This document shows, piece by piece, positions 12,601 to 27,600 of a stretch of 64,000 nucleotides of DNA (positions are counted from its first letter, which is position 1; every line of letters starts with the position of its first letter). Location: the NCBI GenBank assembly GCA_053919585.1, contig CM132784.1, one strand, 5' to 3'. The position numbers and the translations under genes are program-made. The notes beneath the pieces are model-generated. The model saw only the letters and a list, made by a program, of their open reading frames with translations, ran no database searches and was not told the origin of the DNA. Origin of the DNA: Euprymna scolopes. Taxonomy: Eukaryota.

Positions 12601-15600
12601 GAATGTATTAGCCTGCAGAAATTGAGACACATTTTGTTGCTCAACTCTTCACAATCTTTTTTTTTTTTTTTTACACAGTGGTCACCACTTATCAAGGCCC
12701 GGAAGCCACTCAGGGATAAGGGTTATTGAAAGTACATTACGTTAGTGTGGAGATTTGATGAAGTGTTTACTTAAGGGGGCGGTTCATTAGGAATTTGTTA
12801 ACGTTGGACACATCCAAGTTGTAGTCAGGTGGGAAGCAGGCAGACGGAACAGAGTTAGACATGATCCCAAATAGTAGTCCTTTACATTCCATGTGGAAAT
12901 ATGCCTTTTATGGGGTGAAAAAGAATTTAAAAAAAGAAAGGATTTACTTTTCATTGACCACGGTTTGGTTTGTTTTACAACATCTCGACCATCTATGGGT
13001 TATTTCATGCCAAATACAGTTATCAAATATTATTCTATAGGTAGGATATTTCTAGAATTCATTGCTCTTTTGAAAACATTACTTTTTAGTATTGGTAATC
13101 TTTTTCAACATCATTGACTCTCAGTCACTGCCTTCTAGTATCTATTGGGGGAGAAAAAAGGTTTTTGGTATTTGAAGAATCAGATTTAATGATATGGTTG
13201 GTCATGAACTTACAAATTCTAGAACATAACGTGACCAGCCAATTGATCAGATTAGACCTCTTTGATCTTCTATCTAGCTGAAATAAAAGATGAATTGGAA
13301 AAACGGCTCAGTCACCAGAATTCCTTCCTAAGGCATCATGAGTCACCAACCATGGCCTACAGGTGGCTCTGTTTTTTTTTTTTTTTTTAATTATTTTTTA
13401 TTTGTTTTGCATGATGTGTAGTCAGTGAATTCATGGTGAGAGGGCAGTCACTAGCTAATGACAGAGGGACAGATAGCAAAATGCAGTATGAGAATAGATA
13501 TACTAAGAGTCAAAAGATCAAAGAAGATCATTCAAATTATGTTTTTAAAAAGATTATTTTAGTTTTAGCAGGGTGTTTGATCTTCTATATAAGTTTAATG
13601 TAAAATAGTCTCTCTACTTTATTATTGAACTTCTCAAATTTGAACAGTCATAATTTCTCTTTATTGTTAAAATCAAGTCGCTGTTGATTATTATATTGTA
13701 GTAAAATAAAATGACTTGGGTGCCATTAGCTAGAATTGAAACCAGAACATTTAGCACTCCGTTATTTGTTACCATCTGGGTTGCCCATATGCATATAAAA
13801 ACTTTAAAAAAATAATTTTGTTAAAGGTATAAATGTATATTTGTGCATGCATAGAAGTAACATGTTTAGTTGACTTATGCCTACCAAGTTCCAATTTTTT
13901 TTTTTCAAAGTTCACCCCTTAGTAGCTATTTTTACCAGCTAAAAACTAAATTAAATTTGTTCCACAAATTCAAATCCCCTATTTATCAAGTTTCAAGTCT
14001 GTAGACCAATAATTGACAAAGGAGTTTGGTAGAGATCCTTCCTCACACACAGACAAGGTCACTTTATATATCTATATCAAGAAGTAAAAATTAAGTTTAC
14101 AAGTATTTTAATGGAAAGTGCTCCAACGAACTACAAGCCCTTGTATCCCATCCTTGACATAAATACCCGACAAGCTACTGTAAATTTAAAGCGAATATTA
14201 ATATTTATATAGTAATCCCAAACAAGATAGGAAATAGAGCTTGTCATAAATGAACATAATTTAAAACTATAAATTATAATTTACAAGAATTTATTACTCG
14301 ACAGGATACTTTGTAAATCCAATTACTTGTTATGAGAACATTGACTCTTATGATCATTTCGCCATTGGAATATCCTTTCATCTGAGTTTTAAATCTTTAA
14401 TTTTTAATTTACTGCTTTCATTTCTTTTCTCCATTTTATGAACTCTTTATACTAACCTTTTTTTCTTTTTTAATGTATGACTAGTTTTCATATAATGCAG
14501 TTTCAATTCATGCCAGTACCAGCAAATTCATAGCTTCACTATAATATTAATTTGCTAATATCTTTCCTCTGGTGAAAAGAATGCATTCTTTGAAACTCCA
14601 TAGATTAAGGAAATCTTTATATTTCTTTGAGTATCCTGTTGGACAATAAATTCTTGTAAATTATAATTTACAGTCTTAAATTGTGTTCTTATATATATAA
14701 AGGATCAATAATGGCAATAAATTGCAGTAGCATTTTATAGCGGTTTCACTCACACAAATTAGTTTTCATTATATCCTGTATGAGTTTTTTCAGTAATTAT
14801 TCTTTCAAATAAGGATGTTTGTTTGTTGTCAACGATGAAATTTTCTTGTCTATAGTCCTGCTTATGATGTTTTATTTTGTGTTCAACTGTTGCAGTCAAC
14901 AGCTGAGTGTTTTGAGTAAACAAATGGCTCGAAGCCAGACTCTGATTGATGACGCCAAAAAGAAATATACTGCAGCTGAGCAACAATGCCAGGACGACAA
15001 TTCCAAAGTAAGTTGCTCAATTCACTATTATGTTCCGATAGTCATTATCCTGAATCATTTCAATAGGCGCCATTAAAAAAAATCTGTATTTCTACTTACT
15101 ATAAAGATGGTGCGATTATGATGGTGTTGCTCCTAGGATGCAATGTAGCATTTTATTAGAGCGACTAAATGTGTCTAAAATATTCTTCTAAAGTTACATA
15201 TAACAGTGGCAAATAGTCTAGATATAATAAATTAGTATGTGTCATCTGTTGTTGCAAACCTACAGTACTTTGGTCTAGAGATGAATTTCTGCAATCAAAT
15301 ATATATGGAGGTATAGGAGCAAGCGCAAACCTTTAAATCTGTTTAAATGGAAGTAAAGTATCATGTTTTTAGTATAGCAATTTAATTTTTACATATTAAA
15401 ATGAATGTAGTTTGATATTTGTATAATCATTTTATATACATTAATAAGAAATCATTAAAAAAATTAGTCAGAATACTGATTAAAAAACATTAATCTAAGG
15501 CGTAAAAAAAAAAAGTAAAATTTTTATTTCTAGCTTGAATTTTGCAATGTGTTCATATAGTCATGTAACCTGATCAGTTTTCTTTTTAAAAATGAAAATC

Positions 15601-18600
15601 AAATTTTATGGCAAAATTATGAGAAACAATCTTGTGACACAATCTTGAAAATGGTGAAGGAAAAAGGGAGATAACTCTAATTCAAATTTGTAAGATTTGA
15701 AAAAGCTAATCGTAACACAGAGGAATATTGTAAAAACTCAAATTCACTTAAAAATGATTTTCTTTACAAAAATAAAGCTACTTGATCAATTTAGGTAATT
15801 TTGGTGATTTTGGTGTATAATATGTTCTTTTAGTTACAGAAATACAGATTTTTCTTTATTTTTGTTTTTTTTATATATAGGAGCAATTCTGAAGAAGGAC
15901 CAACATTTTTAATAAGTATCTAAGGTCCATTTCTAGCAAAACTGATGTTTAATTGAAAAAGATCTGTGTTTTTGTTCTATGATACAAATTTCTGATAATT
16001 TTAAAAATTTCAGATGCAAACTATTTTGAAGCATTTGACTGAATCTGTGAAAAACCTATCTTCTTCCTATGTCCAGTCAGCGTCAGGTGATGCTGGTCCT
16101 AACTTTCTGTCGCAAGCATCTTTAAGCAGCTACGAAGCTGCAGAACACAAATATCTTGATGAGATCAACAATTATATCAAAAAACAATTCTCTGAGGTAA
16201 GTTTAAAAAAACATTTTTTTTTTCAATTACAACCATTAACATAGTCATTGGTTGAAATTAAGATTAACGTACATAAAGATTCAGAAGTTGTTTTTACACA
16301 AAAAGATTTTTTAAATTCTTTATTTTAATCTAAAGTTCAATTTAAATTTTAATTAAAAATGTTTGAGTTTTTATATATAATTTTTGTACAAAAAAAAGAA
16401 AAAAAAACTAATTATTTTTTTATTTTATTTTCACCTCAAACAAGGCACATTGCCACTTGATGTAGGGGCTACTATCTGGAACATAATTTGCAGGCATACT
16501 ATGTAGGGAGTTGAGCAGCAATTTGAACTTCTGCATGTCAGTACAGTCAGGGAAGCAAGAACCTGGAAAGGATTTCCTAAGTCTAGAAGTTATAGGAAAG
16601 AACCTATTAGAGTAGAAGGCTTTCTAGCATCTTGGGATCTATAGTGTGTAGGGGTGGGATTTTGCTGCTTGTCGGGTATTTATATCAAGGATGGAGTACA
16701 AGAGCTTGTAGTTCGTTGGAGCACTTACCATTAAAATACTTGTAAAACAAGCAGGGGGATGCAACATTTCGTTGATGAGACAGAGGTTGAAGCCTAGCTG
16801 ACAGTTCAGGACCTATTAAGTTGGCGGCTCTTTTTGAACCCTGTCTAAGAGTGAGACTAGTAGCAGATGCACCAACCCAGATGTGGATACATGGATGAAT
16901 GGTGACCTTGTAGAGGTACAGAATACTCTCAGGCATAAGTAACTTTCTAGCACAGTAGAGGGAGCCCACCTTTTTTGCAACTGCCTTGGCAATACCCTCA
17001 ATGTCTACAACCTTTCTAGAGCTGGTAATATTAATAAATTCTCCAGTTTGCAAACCTATATTGCCTAAGGAGTAGGTAGGCTCTGCCTATTGCCTAACTT
17101 CGATTCTTACATTTTGTCAGGCACAGCTTTACAATATAAGGGATTCACTTTAGACACTCTATGCCTGGACTTGCTTCCTGACTAGGAGAATGAACTCTGA
17201 CTCCCCATTTCCTATTTGTTTCTCTCACAAACTGAATAAATGGTTTTGCTTGCATGCTACTTATGTTCACTTGAATTGTTTAAGTCGTTATTGTAAAGTT
17301 GTTGCATAATGTACTTAAATTAAATTTCCCATCTTTATTTTATCATAAGTGATATCTTTATATCATAAGTGATATTATTAAATAAAAATATAAATTTCCA
17401 AAAATCCACAAAACGACCCCCTGCTGATATGCTTAAGTACTGATTACAGGCTGAAAAGTAGAAATATAGCTGCTTATAATGCTGAACGCAACGAGTAGTC
17501 GAAACATTTGTGGAAGGCGAGCCTCTTCGTATTCCTTACTTGCTTACTAAGTATTGTAAAGTTTTTTGATTATTCACCTAAACTTTTATTTTGTGCTCTT
17601 AATTGTCTGATACTTCCTCACTCTTTTGACGCTCCTAAATTATCATTCCCTGACTAAGTGCATGCTTAAATATAAGACCTATACTGGTTGTATGTATATG
17701 GTTACTTATGTATAATACTAAACTAACTGGCACAAATTCTTTTCTAAATGTTGAGTTAAAAGGGCTGGTTACTTTGCCTCAAAGACGTGTCTGTTTTGCA
17801 TAATAAACGTTATAAATCCTTATAATCCTTAATCCTACCATAATTCCTGTATATCCTAATATGTTAATTTGGTGTCCTTGTAGATAATCTCTTCTAGACA
17901 ACTGGACACAAACCAATTGCTCTTCTCCCCAAGCTGCTATGCGGGTACCATGGGAGAGGGGGGGGATTATCTTCTGATCCTTAACCTTAGAATAAGAAAT
18001 TTAAACCTCAACACTAAACATCTAAAGTTATCTATAATAGATACCTATACAAATTATCTATAATAGATACCTATACAAATTATCTATAATAGATACCTAT
18101 ACAAATGATCTATAATAGATACCTATACAAATTATCTATAATAGATACCTATACAAATTATCTATAATAGATACCTATACAAATTATCTATAATAGATAC
18201 CTATACAAATTATCTATAATAGATACCTCGATAGTATTGGTTCCCAACTGGTGTACTGCGAAGAGATTACAGGATGGAATTACAACTTGTTTTAGATGGA
18301 AAACTGCTTTCATATCGTTATAATCGGAGTTGTTTGTATTAATAAATACTAACTCACACATTATTGCTTACATGTTTAAAAAATATCAAAAAATAAATTG
18401 TTTGTTTCAATTGTTCTCAACCACTGATAGCCATGGCTAATGATGCATTAGCTGAAAGCTCTTCGTTCAAACTCTTTGGCTTAACATTCACAGGGAACAT
18501 GAGTTGGAACAAATATATCAAGATCATTGCCAAGCCTGCTGTGAAGAAGGTGGTCTCTCTCTACCGTGATAGAAAGTTACTTATTCCTGAGAGTATCCTG

Positions 18601-21600
18601 TACCTCTACAAGGCCACCATTTTCTCATGTATGGAATATTATTGCCACATTTGGGCTGGTGCATCTCCTACTAGTCTCACACTCCTGAATAGGGTTAAAA
18701 AAAAGTGGCCAACCTAATAGGTTTCACACTGTCAACCAAACTCTAACCTCTGTCCCATCGACGAAATGTTGCATCCCTGTGCCTATTTTACAAGTTTTTA
18801 ATGGAAAGTTCTCCAAACTCTAAGCCTTTGTACTACCTCAACATAAATACCCCCACCTAACATTGATGCTTTTTGTTTTTCTACTTTCTTTTGCAAAACT
18901 TAATTATGTTTTACCCCTTTTTCCTTCTTCCCATTTCCCCTTTCGTTTTCTATCTCCCCCACTTTCTGACAGGTTTCCGAACTTAAAATCTACCAAACAT
19001 TAATACTGTAACTCTTTTCACTCTCCCATTGCAAAACTCATTCATGTTCTGTAGGGCAGGAAGCAATAACGATAAAATCCACTAAAACAACCAAAGCCAA
19101 CACTACAAACTAGCGGTTGAAAATACAAAGAGCTTGAAGAATAAAAACCTTCTACAAAATAACTGGATGCAACATGAATACTATTTCCAAAATAACCCGA
19201 AAAGGATTGATATGCCGTATAACAACCAAACCAGTTAACAGCAATGACAGCAGTTTCTTTTATGTTACACACATAACTACAATCTGCATTCTCTCCTTCA
19301 TTATTCTGTTTAGTAATCTTGAAATTTTTATAGGTTGTTTTGTAATTGACAAATATTTAAAGGGTTTTTTTTATCGTTGCAGAATTTTTCAGTTTTGATA
19401 ATATTTTCATTAGACTTTGTCAGTTCTTTTACAAATAGTGAAAAAATTCTACTTTTAGATATAAAATACCAAAGTGTGTTCAATAAATTATTTTATTATT
19501 AAATTATCTTCAAAAACAGATAAAATAGATAAACCAAACAAATATTTTTTTTCTTTTTTGCTTTAAAAAAATTGTGAAAAATGAAAATTGTTTGACTTAT
19601 TTCTGCTTTTTTTTTTTTTCCCCCAGACAATTTCTGAAATTAGTGGCCAAGGGGAATGTGATCGGTATGAACTTTTGGAGGTCAGTAATCCTGACATTTT
19701 GTTAGTGAGAGGAGAAAATGAAAAAGTTAACATCAATGAATGCAAGGAATTGGCTCGACTCCAAAATCTGTATGTACCTCCTCAAATCAATTTATTTAAA
19801 ATCCGTGTGAACGTTCAGATATTTCCGATATTAATGAAATTTTAATGTCTATTATTAGTCATCAATTAATAAATATCCTCTGATTTTAAGTTTTTTGGAG
19901 TATTTTAAAGGGCTTTTATGGAGTATAATGTAGGCATAACTTCCTCTTGAAAAATCGAATTTTTCAAATTTGCATTAAATTTGATTCATAGTTATTAAAT
20001 ATCAATAAAACCAAATTTAAAACTTTATATTTACACCTCAAATTGAAATTTTCCTAAAATTAAAATCTTAATCTTGGTGAAGGGATATAAAACGGCTTGA
20101 TGACTGGTTAACTTTAGTAGGACCTATGTCCCAGCATTGGTCAGGAAAATTTAGGAACCAAAGAAATTATAGCTTTCACTCCTGATGAATATTTGATGTA
20201 AATGAATTTAAGAAGGAAATGCATTTTATCTGTAAAAGTGAGAATGTGTGTGTGTGTATGAGGACAATTCTTAACCTATATACTCTACAGATTTTTGATC
20301 TACACTTGAAATTTAGTATATAGGGTATTCAGACATGTGGAAAACTTTTTAATCAGTTTTCATCCAGAAAAAAGGGCTGCTAAGGGGTCAAAATCCAAAA
20401 ATTGGTATGTCGGAGGGTCATTGGATTTTTATGTGTTTGTCAACTGTTTCATGAATGCGCATGCATGAATCAATCAAATGACAGATTCATTATGTTAAAA
20501 ATAAATAGATTTGAAAACACTTTTTATAGATCATGTCAAGCTGGCCTACTTGACCGACTGTCTTAAGGTTATGGTTTTGATCTCAGCTCATATTTTTTTT
20601 TTTATTTACAAGAAGTGAACTGTTTAGAAAAAAAATATAATGCTCGCATGCACATATCTCGGTTTCTTCCAGTTTTTATTTTTTTTTTAACTACACTTTT
20701 TTAAAGGAATTTAATGTTATATTTAAAACCTATGGTATTTTTGTTTATAATAAATAAGAATTCTGCATTAATTAAAATATAATATTTATGTATATTTTAC
20801 GACCTGGCAACACCAGGCGACCTGTTATGTTTGTTTGTTTATTTATTTGTTTTGGTTACTTATTAAAAAAAGTTTATCCAGACTTGAGTTATTTGTTGGT
20901 AAAATGTTATATTTTTCTATTTTTGACTGAACGGATACCTTAGTTTGTTAATATAGCTAAACTGAATAATTTCTCTATGCTTTTAGTTTATTTTTTGTTA
21001 TGAAATACAGGTGCTGAGTAGAGAGTGCATGTGCACAATGAAAACTAGAACAATATGAGATTAATCTTTAGAAGTGCGGGAAAACCAAGGAGATATAAAT
21101 GTCAAATGATTACTTGTAGAAAAAGGTAGGATAGAAAAGAAATTTGAATTGACCCCCTTTTTTTGTTTGGCTCAACTCAAAACCATTCAAAATAAATGCG
21201 CCATGTTTTCGATGTAGCGTGAATGAGATCAACAAAGATAAATTTATAATAAATAATGATGATGCAATAAAAATCTGTTCAGAATGAAGAAAATTGGTCA
21301 CATCTTTGAAAACATTATTTTATAAGTTTAATTTGAAAATTTAGAAAACCGAATGTTATTTATTTATTTTTTTTTTAAATAATTTTTTTTATAAAATGAT
21401 TAAAATCATTTTTTTTCTGTATTCTTAGACTTTCTTTGTTAAAATGACATTTATAGAAGATCTTTTTCTTTTTTTCTCTCTTCATTTTTTTTCTTTTGAT
21501 ATTAATTTGAGGGATTGACTCCTTGTGAAGAGAAAAAAGTAAATGTCATGTGTTGTTAACAGCTGCTGTAAATCTGAATTGATTTAAAAAATCTATAAAT

Positions 21601-24600
21601 ATTCTGTTTTAATAGTGAAAGTCTCAGAATAAAGAAAAAACATTTAATAAAAAAATAACATTTTTTAAAATTTTCCAAATTTGTTTATTTCTTTAATGTT
21701 AAGTTTGGATACGACTGACAATTCAACATTTTGTTTTTCTTTCTATTTCAGTTATCCCAACAGTGAACGTCTTCTTGTTCAGGCAGCACTTGACCAAAAG
21801 ATAATGTCGGTTTCACATCGATATCTGGAGAAATTATACTCGGCACTTGAAGAAAAGAAGACCAACTTGGCATCTCGCACACGGTAATAAGTCCTGCTTA
21901 TGACGCAAACAACTCAGGATTTCATTGCTTTTGTTTTTAGTTAATGTATTTCTTCAGTTATCCATACCATCTTTTTCATATCATTATTCCAGCCATGTAC
22001 AGAAATGTTCAGTCATGTTAACAGCACAGATAGTGATAGCTTTCATGTTTAAAGTGAGATTGCATCAGGAATCTGTGCCAAATTTGTTTGTGTCTTAGAA
22101 ATGTTGTCCATGGAGTTTCGTACAGGTTGTCTGGAAGAGATGATGTATGCTGCTGATTCTAGTGCTTGTGAAACAATGGAAAGTTGATTTGGTAAGTTAA
22201 ACACTTGGAGGAATGCTGTGGAAAGTAAAGGTGTGAGAGTGAATGTTACCAACATTAAAGTGATGATCAGTGTTAGAAAACTCCCCAAAAGAGGGAATTT
22301 CCTCTGCTCAGTGTGTGGAAAAGGATTTGAAAGCAACTCGATTTTATTTGATTATATTCATTTTTTTTGTGATAGTTGTAGAGTGTCGAATTACAGCTAG
22401 GTTAAATGATGATAGCCGGTTTATGTATAAGATGATGAGAATTCACATGTATATTTGGATAGCAAGGTTATTGATTTTGTTCAGAATTTGTTTTTTATGG
22501 TGGTGATGCCGTCAGAGCAGAGGAAGGAGCTAGTCCTAGTATAATTGCAAAAATTAATAGTGGATGGAGCAAGTTTAAAGAACTTTTGCCATTATTAACT
22601 AGCAGAACGTTACCTCTGGTAACCAAAGGAAGAGTATCAGACTTGTGTACAAAGTGTGATAATGTAGTGAAACCTAGCCAGTGAAGGTTGAGGACATGTG
22701 TTGCATGAAGAGAAATGACATGAGAATAATGTGATAAATATGTTTTTTATATGTACTAACAAGTTACTACTTATCACATAATGTGTAATATAAGTCTTAA
22801 AGACTTAGGTCTGATGTCTTCACATGAAGATTAAATCTAGATAATGTAAGATGGGTTAAGAACAGGACACTTTGTTGGTTTGGTCACATTGAAAAAATGA
22901 ATGAGAGTTCTTGGATTAGTAGATATAGAACAGTTGAGGTGAAAGCTGAGGATGGATTTGAGGGATAAATAAAGAGCTGGCCAGAGATAGATTAGGTTGA
23001 AAGTCAATTTCTAAAGGCTGTCTAACATATATGAAACATATGTTAAACCAAATATGATAAATGATCACCTAATTCTGCATTTGTTTTCCATACCATTGGC
23101 CACTTCTGCAGATTATCATACCATGTTTCAGTTCATTGTCATCTTTTGCAGTTATCTATATCGCATTTTTTTCCACATATTCATGCCATTTTCTTCATCT
23201 GCATTTATCAATACCATTTCTTTTTCTGCTTTTAATTTATTTTTTCAAAGATTCCATTTCTTTTTTAAATTGTCAGATTAATCGAAGAAAATCAGAAATT
23301 GCAATCAAAACAAAAATGTCTGAATACAAAGTTTGAAAAAAATCTTCCATTGTTGATTAAAAAGAACGCAGCATCGCAAGTTTCAAAGATTCTTACAGGA
23401 GATTATGAAATGAAACTCGCACGGCAGAAATATCATTTGAGCAAATTAGATGAGGTTTGTAAACGTTTTTAGATTAAAAAAAATAACTTTATGAAACTTA
23501 TACCAAAAATTTTATATTCATTTTGTCAATGAAATAAGTTACCGATATATTATTCTACAAATAATCATTGGATATGCTGTTGAATTTATCTGGAGCTGCT
23601 GTTGCTAAGCAAATTGGGTACACAAAAATGGATTAAAAGTTTATGTATTTATTTTACTAAATTATTAATAAATGTTAATTTTTTTGCAGTTGACAGTTTG
23701 TTGAAAATTTTATGATTAAAGTTTAATCAAAGTCATTAAATTTTAAGTCACTACATGTCAGTTGACAAAACTTTGAATACCCAAAATTTCAGTTTTCAAA
23801 TGAAAACCCATGAAAGTTGAAAATGGATTTGAGTTTTTTTTTTAACATATTAAGATACTCTTGCAAATTTTTTTTAAGCTTTATACAGTTTTTTTTTATC
23901 ATCTTGGAGTTTTTCTTTTTAAAAAAACTAAATATACATTACCTTTTGTAGTTCATTTTTTTTTTCACAAAAATAATTTTATTAGATATTTTAATTGTAA
24001 AATACAAATAAAAAATAGTTACAATAGATGTTATTTTTTAACATTTTTTTTTAAATATTTAAAAAATATTAAAATTTAATTTGAAACTTAAAAATAATTT
24101 TAACTAAATTATTTGACACTGATTTGCAATTTAACTACACTCATAATGCATTTCATTTTGGCATTGCTTTAATTAAATTACACTTGATTAAAAAAAACAA
24201 CAAAAATACAGAAAAATCTTTGTATGTACACATCATGGAATGATATCCTATTCCAAAAAATCAAAATTAAATTTTACGATTTTTAGTGATTAAAAAGTTG
24301 GAATTATCTTCTCCATATATAAAAAAAAATGACTGCAGAAATTCCCCTCTGAATCAAAGTATTTTAGATTTGCAACAACAAATACCACATACAAATTCAA
24401 TACGTGTAGGCTAATAGCCACTATCTTGTCACCTTTCAAACACTATTTTGGACACATTCAGTTGTGATGTTAAAATACAAATACTACATTACATACTAAG
24501 AGCAACGCCATCACAATCACAACATCTCTAGAGGAAGGAGTCCCTAGTTTTCTCTCTAAATATTTAGTACTAGTACTGTTACCGGTTGTCACTGGAATAA

Positions 24601-27600
24601 ATTCTACATGTTCTACAGATTCTGTGATTACACCGACTATAACTGGCTAATATATACATAGACCTAACATAATCTTTCCGATTCATAAATAATAAAGGCT
24701 CCCTTTGTCCATTCTGATTGGCTGAGCTCTGAAAATTCTTATCTTTCAGAATCCAATTCTTCCCTTTATAAACGAACGGTTACTATAATTAAATTATGGT
24801 GTCACTAAGAGACCTTATTTCTCATGGCGTCAAATTCGTTTAATTCTTAGGTCATTACTATGGCTATGACAAGAGAATATTCTTTTCATTATTTTGACTC
24901 TTAAGTATATATCAATTAACCTTATGTTTTTAGATAGTGATATGGTTCTTACTTGATTAACTGTATCGGCTGTATACTCGAGCGTCAAAACAATAATATT
25001 CTCTTGTCATAGCCCTAATCATTATAGCTGTGTGTGTGTGTGCGCTTGCGTACGATACAAATCACTCTATTACTTGCTTTTTAGCTGTCAGCCTGCTGTT
25101 CCCTATTATTCTGTGTGTACAGGGATTACTCTTCACTCCCTCCTTCTCTCACTGCATGTATTTCCCTTCGCTAATGATTTTTTTGTGTGTGTGTAAATAA
25201 ACAATACAAAATGCAACTTTTCTTGAGAAAAATAAATATATATATTCAGTAAATTTACAGTAAATTTTTATTTTCTATTTATTGTATTTGTCTATTTATT
25301 TTAATATTTCTGCATATGTTACATCACTCGGTTTCATCCAATGACAGCCAATCGAGCCCGAACCATAATTGACAGAAAATCCTGATCTGGGTTAACTTTT
25401 GCAAGAGTACCAAAAAATTTTAGATGGTATGTTCATTGTACAGGTCTGCCAATAAAAAGGGTGGTTCTTCGTTATTGTAGTGAAATCTGACAGCTAAAAA
25501 GTTGACTTTTAATTAAGGACACAATGATAACTACTTACAACTTTTTATCAAATTCAACAATAATGTTATCTAATTGTCATGTCAAAATTAGTTCAGTCTT
25601 CCATGATTCAATGTAAAATGATTTCAGCTATGTTTGTTTTTTCATTTGACATGTGCCATAAACACAAGGAAATTTTTAATTTTTACAAAAACTATTTTCT
25701 TTACTTTATAATTTATGCCTTCTCATTTTTTGTAAGCTTTGAATATTTTTATTACTGTGACATGATAATTCAATAAATATCATTGGTTTCACTTTTTTTT
25801 TTTTTTTTTTTTTTTTAAATTCAATTTTCAACCCAAACAAGCATAGTGCCACTTTGAAGTCGGGGGCTACTATCAGGGACATAAGTTGCAGGAACATTAT
25901 GAAGGGAGATGAGCAGCAAGATGTCTGTTCACATTACACTTGAACTTCTGCATGTCAGTCCAGTTGGGAAAGCAGAATCCCGGAAGGGATTTCCAAAATC
26001 TAGCAGTTCTTGGGGAGAAACTATTGTAGTAGAAGGCTTTCTTACACCTAGGGATCACTACTGTGAAGGGGTGAGATTTAGTTGCTTGTCGGGTTTGTCG
26101 GGGGTATTCACGTCGAGAGGGTACAAGTGCTTGTAGTTCGTCAGAGCATTCACCATTAAAGTACTTGTAGAACAGGCAGAGGGATGCAACATTTTGTCGA
26201 TGGGACAGAGGCTGAAGCCTAGGTGACAGTTCAGGACCTATCATGTTGGCGACTCCCTTTTGAATCCTGTCCTGGAGTGAGACTAGTAGCAGATGCACCA
26301 GCCCAAATGGATAACAGTACTCCATACATGGGCGAATGGTGGCCTTATAGAAGTACAGGATACTTTCAGATGTAAGTAGTTTTCTAGTACAGTAGAAAGA
26401 GCCAACCTTCTTCACAGCAGCTTTGGCAATGCTCTCAATGTATCTATCCCAGTTCATGTTCCCTGTAAACATTAGGCCGAGGAGTTTAAAGGAAGTACTT
26501 TCGGGTAATGTATTCTTGGTCATTGCTATTGGTGGTAGTGAAGGTTTCTTATAATTATTGAAAGAAACCAGTTTAGTTTTGGCAACATTGAACGTGACCA
26601 TCCATTTTTGTCCCCACTCTACTACAGATCGGAGGTCATCCTCTAGTGTTTCTGCCATTTCCTTAGATATGTGTTAATTTGTTTTCCCCTCGTGCCTTTT
26701 CTAGAGCGTGATGTTGTAAGCAAAAATACCCATCTCCGAAACAATTTTATCAGGGAGGTCATTTATGAATATGAGGAATAATGAAGGTCTGAGGGTAGAC
26801 CCCTGAGGTACTCCTGCATTTATATCATATTGTTTAGATGTATGACTGTCGAGGACAACCTGGATTTTTCTCCTTACTTAAGAAGGATTTAATTACATTA
26901 TGTATTCTTCCAGTGATACCATATGATCTAATTTTACTTAGAAGACCATTGTGCCATACCCTGTCAAAAGCCTTAGATATATCGAGGGCTACTGCTCTAC
27001 CCTCCCCTGTTTTGTCCAGTGAACGCTATATACGTTCAGAGATTACAATTAGGATATCTGCTGTGGAACGTGCTTGCCTAAGTCCATATTGATTGTCGGT
27101 CAGGAGTTTAGCAGCTGTAAGGTGATGGACTAGGGCTTGATTAATTAAGGACACAAATATTTTGGCGAAAAGTGGGAGAATGCTAATGGGGTGATAATTT
27201 AATGGGTCAGTTCTTTCGCCATAATTCTTGAAAACTGGTATCACAGAAGCGGTTTTCCAGCAGTCAGGAAAGCAAGATTTGTTGAGGCATTTGTTGTAAA
27301 GTTTGGAGAGAACTGGAGCAATGTCAACGGAACATCAATATTTTGATTTCCGACTTTCACCACAATAATGAAGAAGCACCAAAATGTTTACGAATATTTT
27401 CCTTAATTATATTTGAAAGGAATATTTTTTTTCTCCAAAAATATGTGCAAAAATAAGGATATTTATTTAATTAATAAAAACAAAAAAAAAGTTTTCCAAA
27501 CTATTTTCTTTTTTAAAACTTATCCAACAGCATTTTTACATTCTTTTCTTCTTCCTTCAGAATTATCATCGGTCTCCCACTTTGTTGGGTTTATTTCTTA

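Noticed and set aside
23251-23276. Upstream alternative acceptor for a HAUS3 exon
   Set aside because: It adds 26 nt and shifts the frame; 23277 fits phase and homology.
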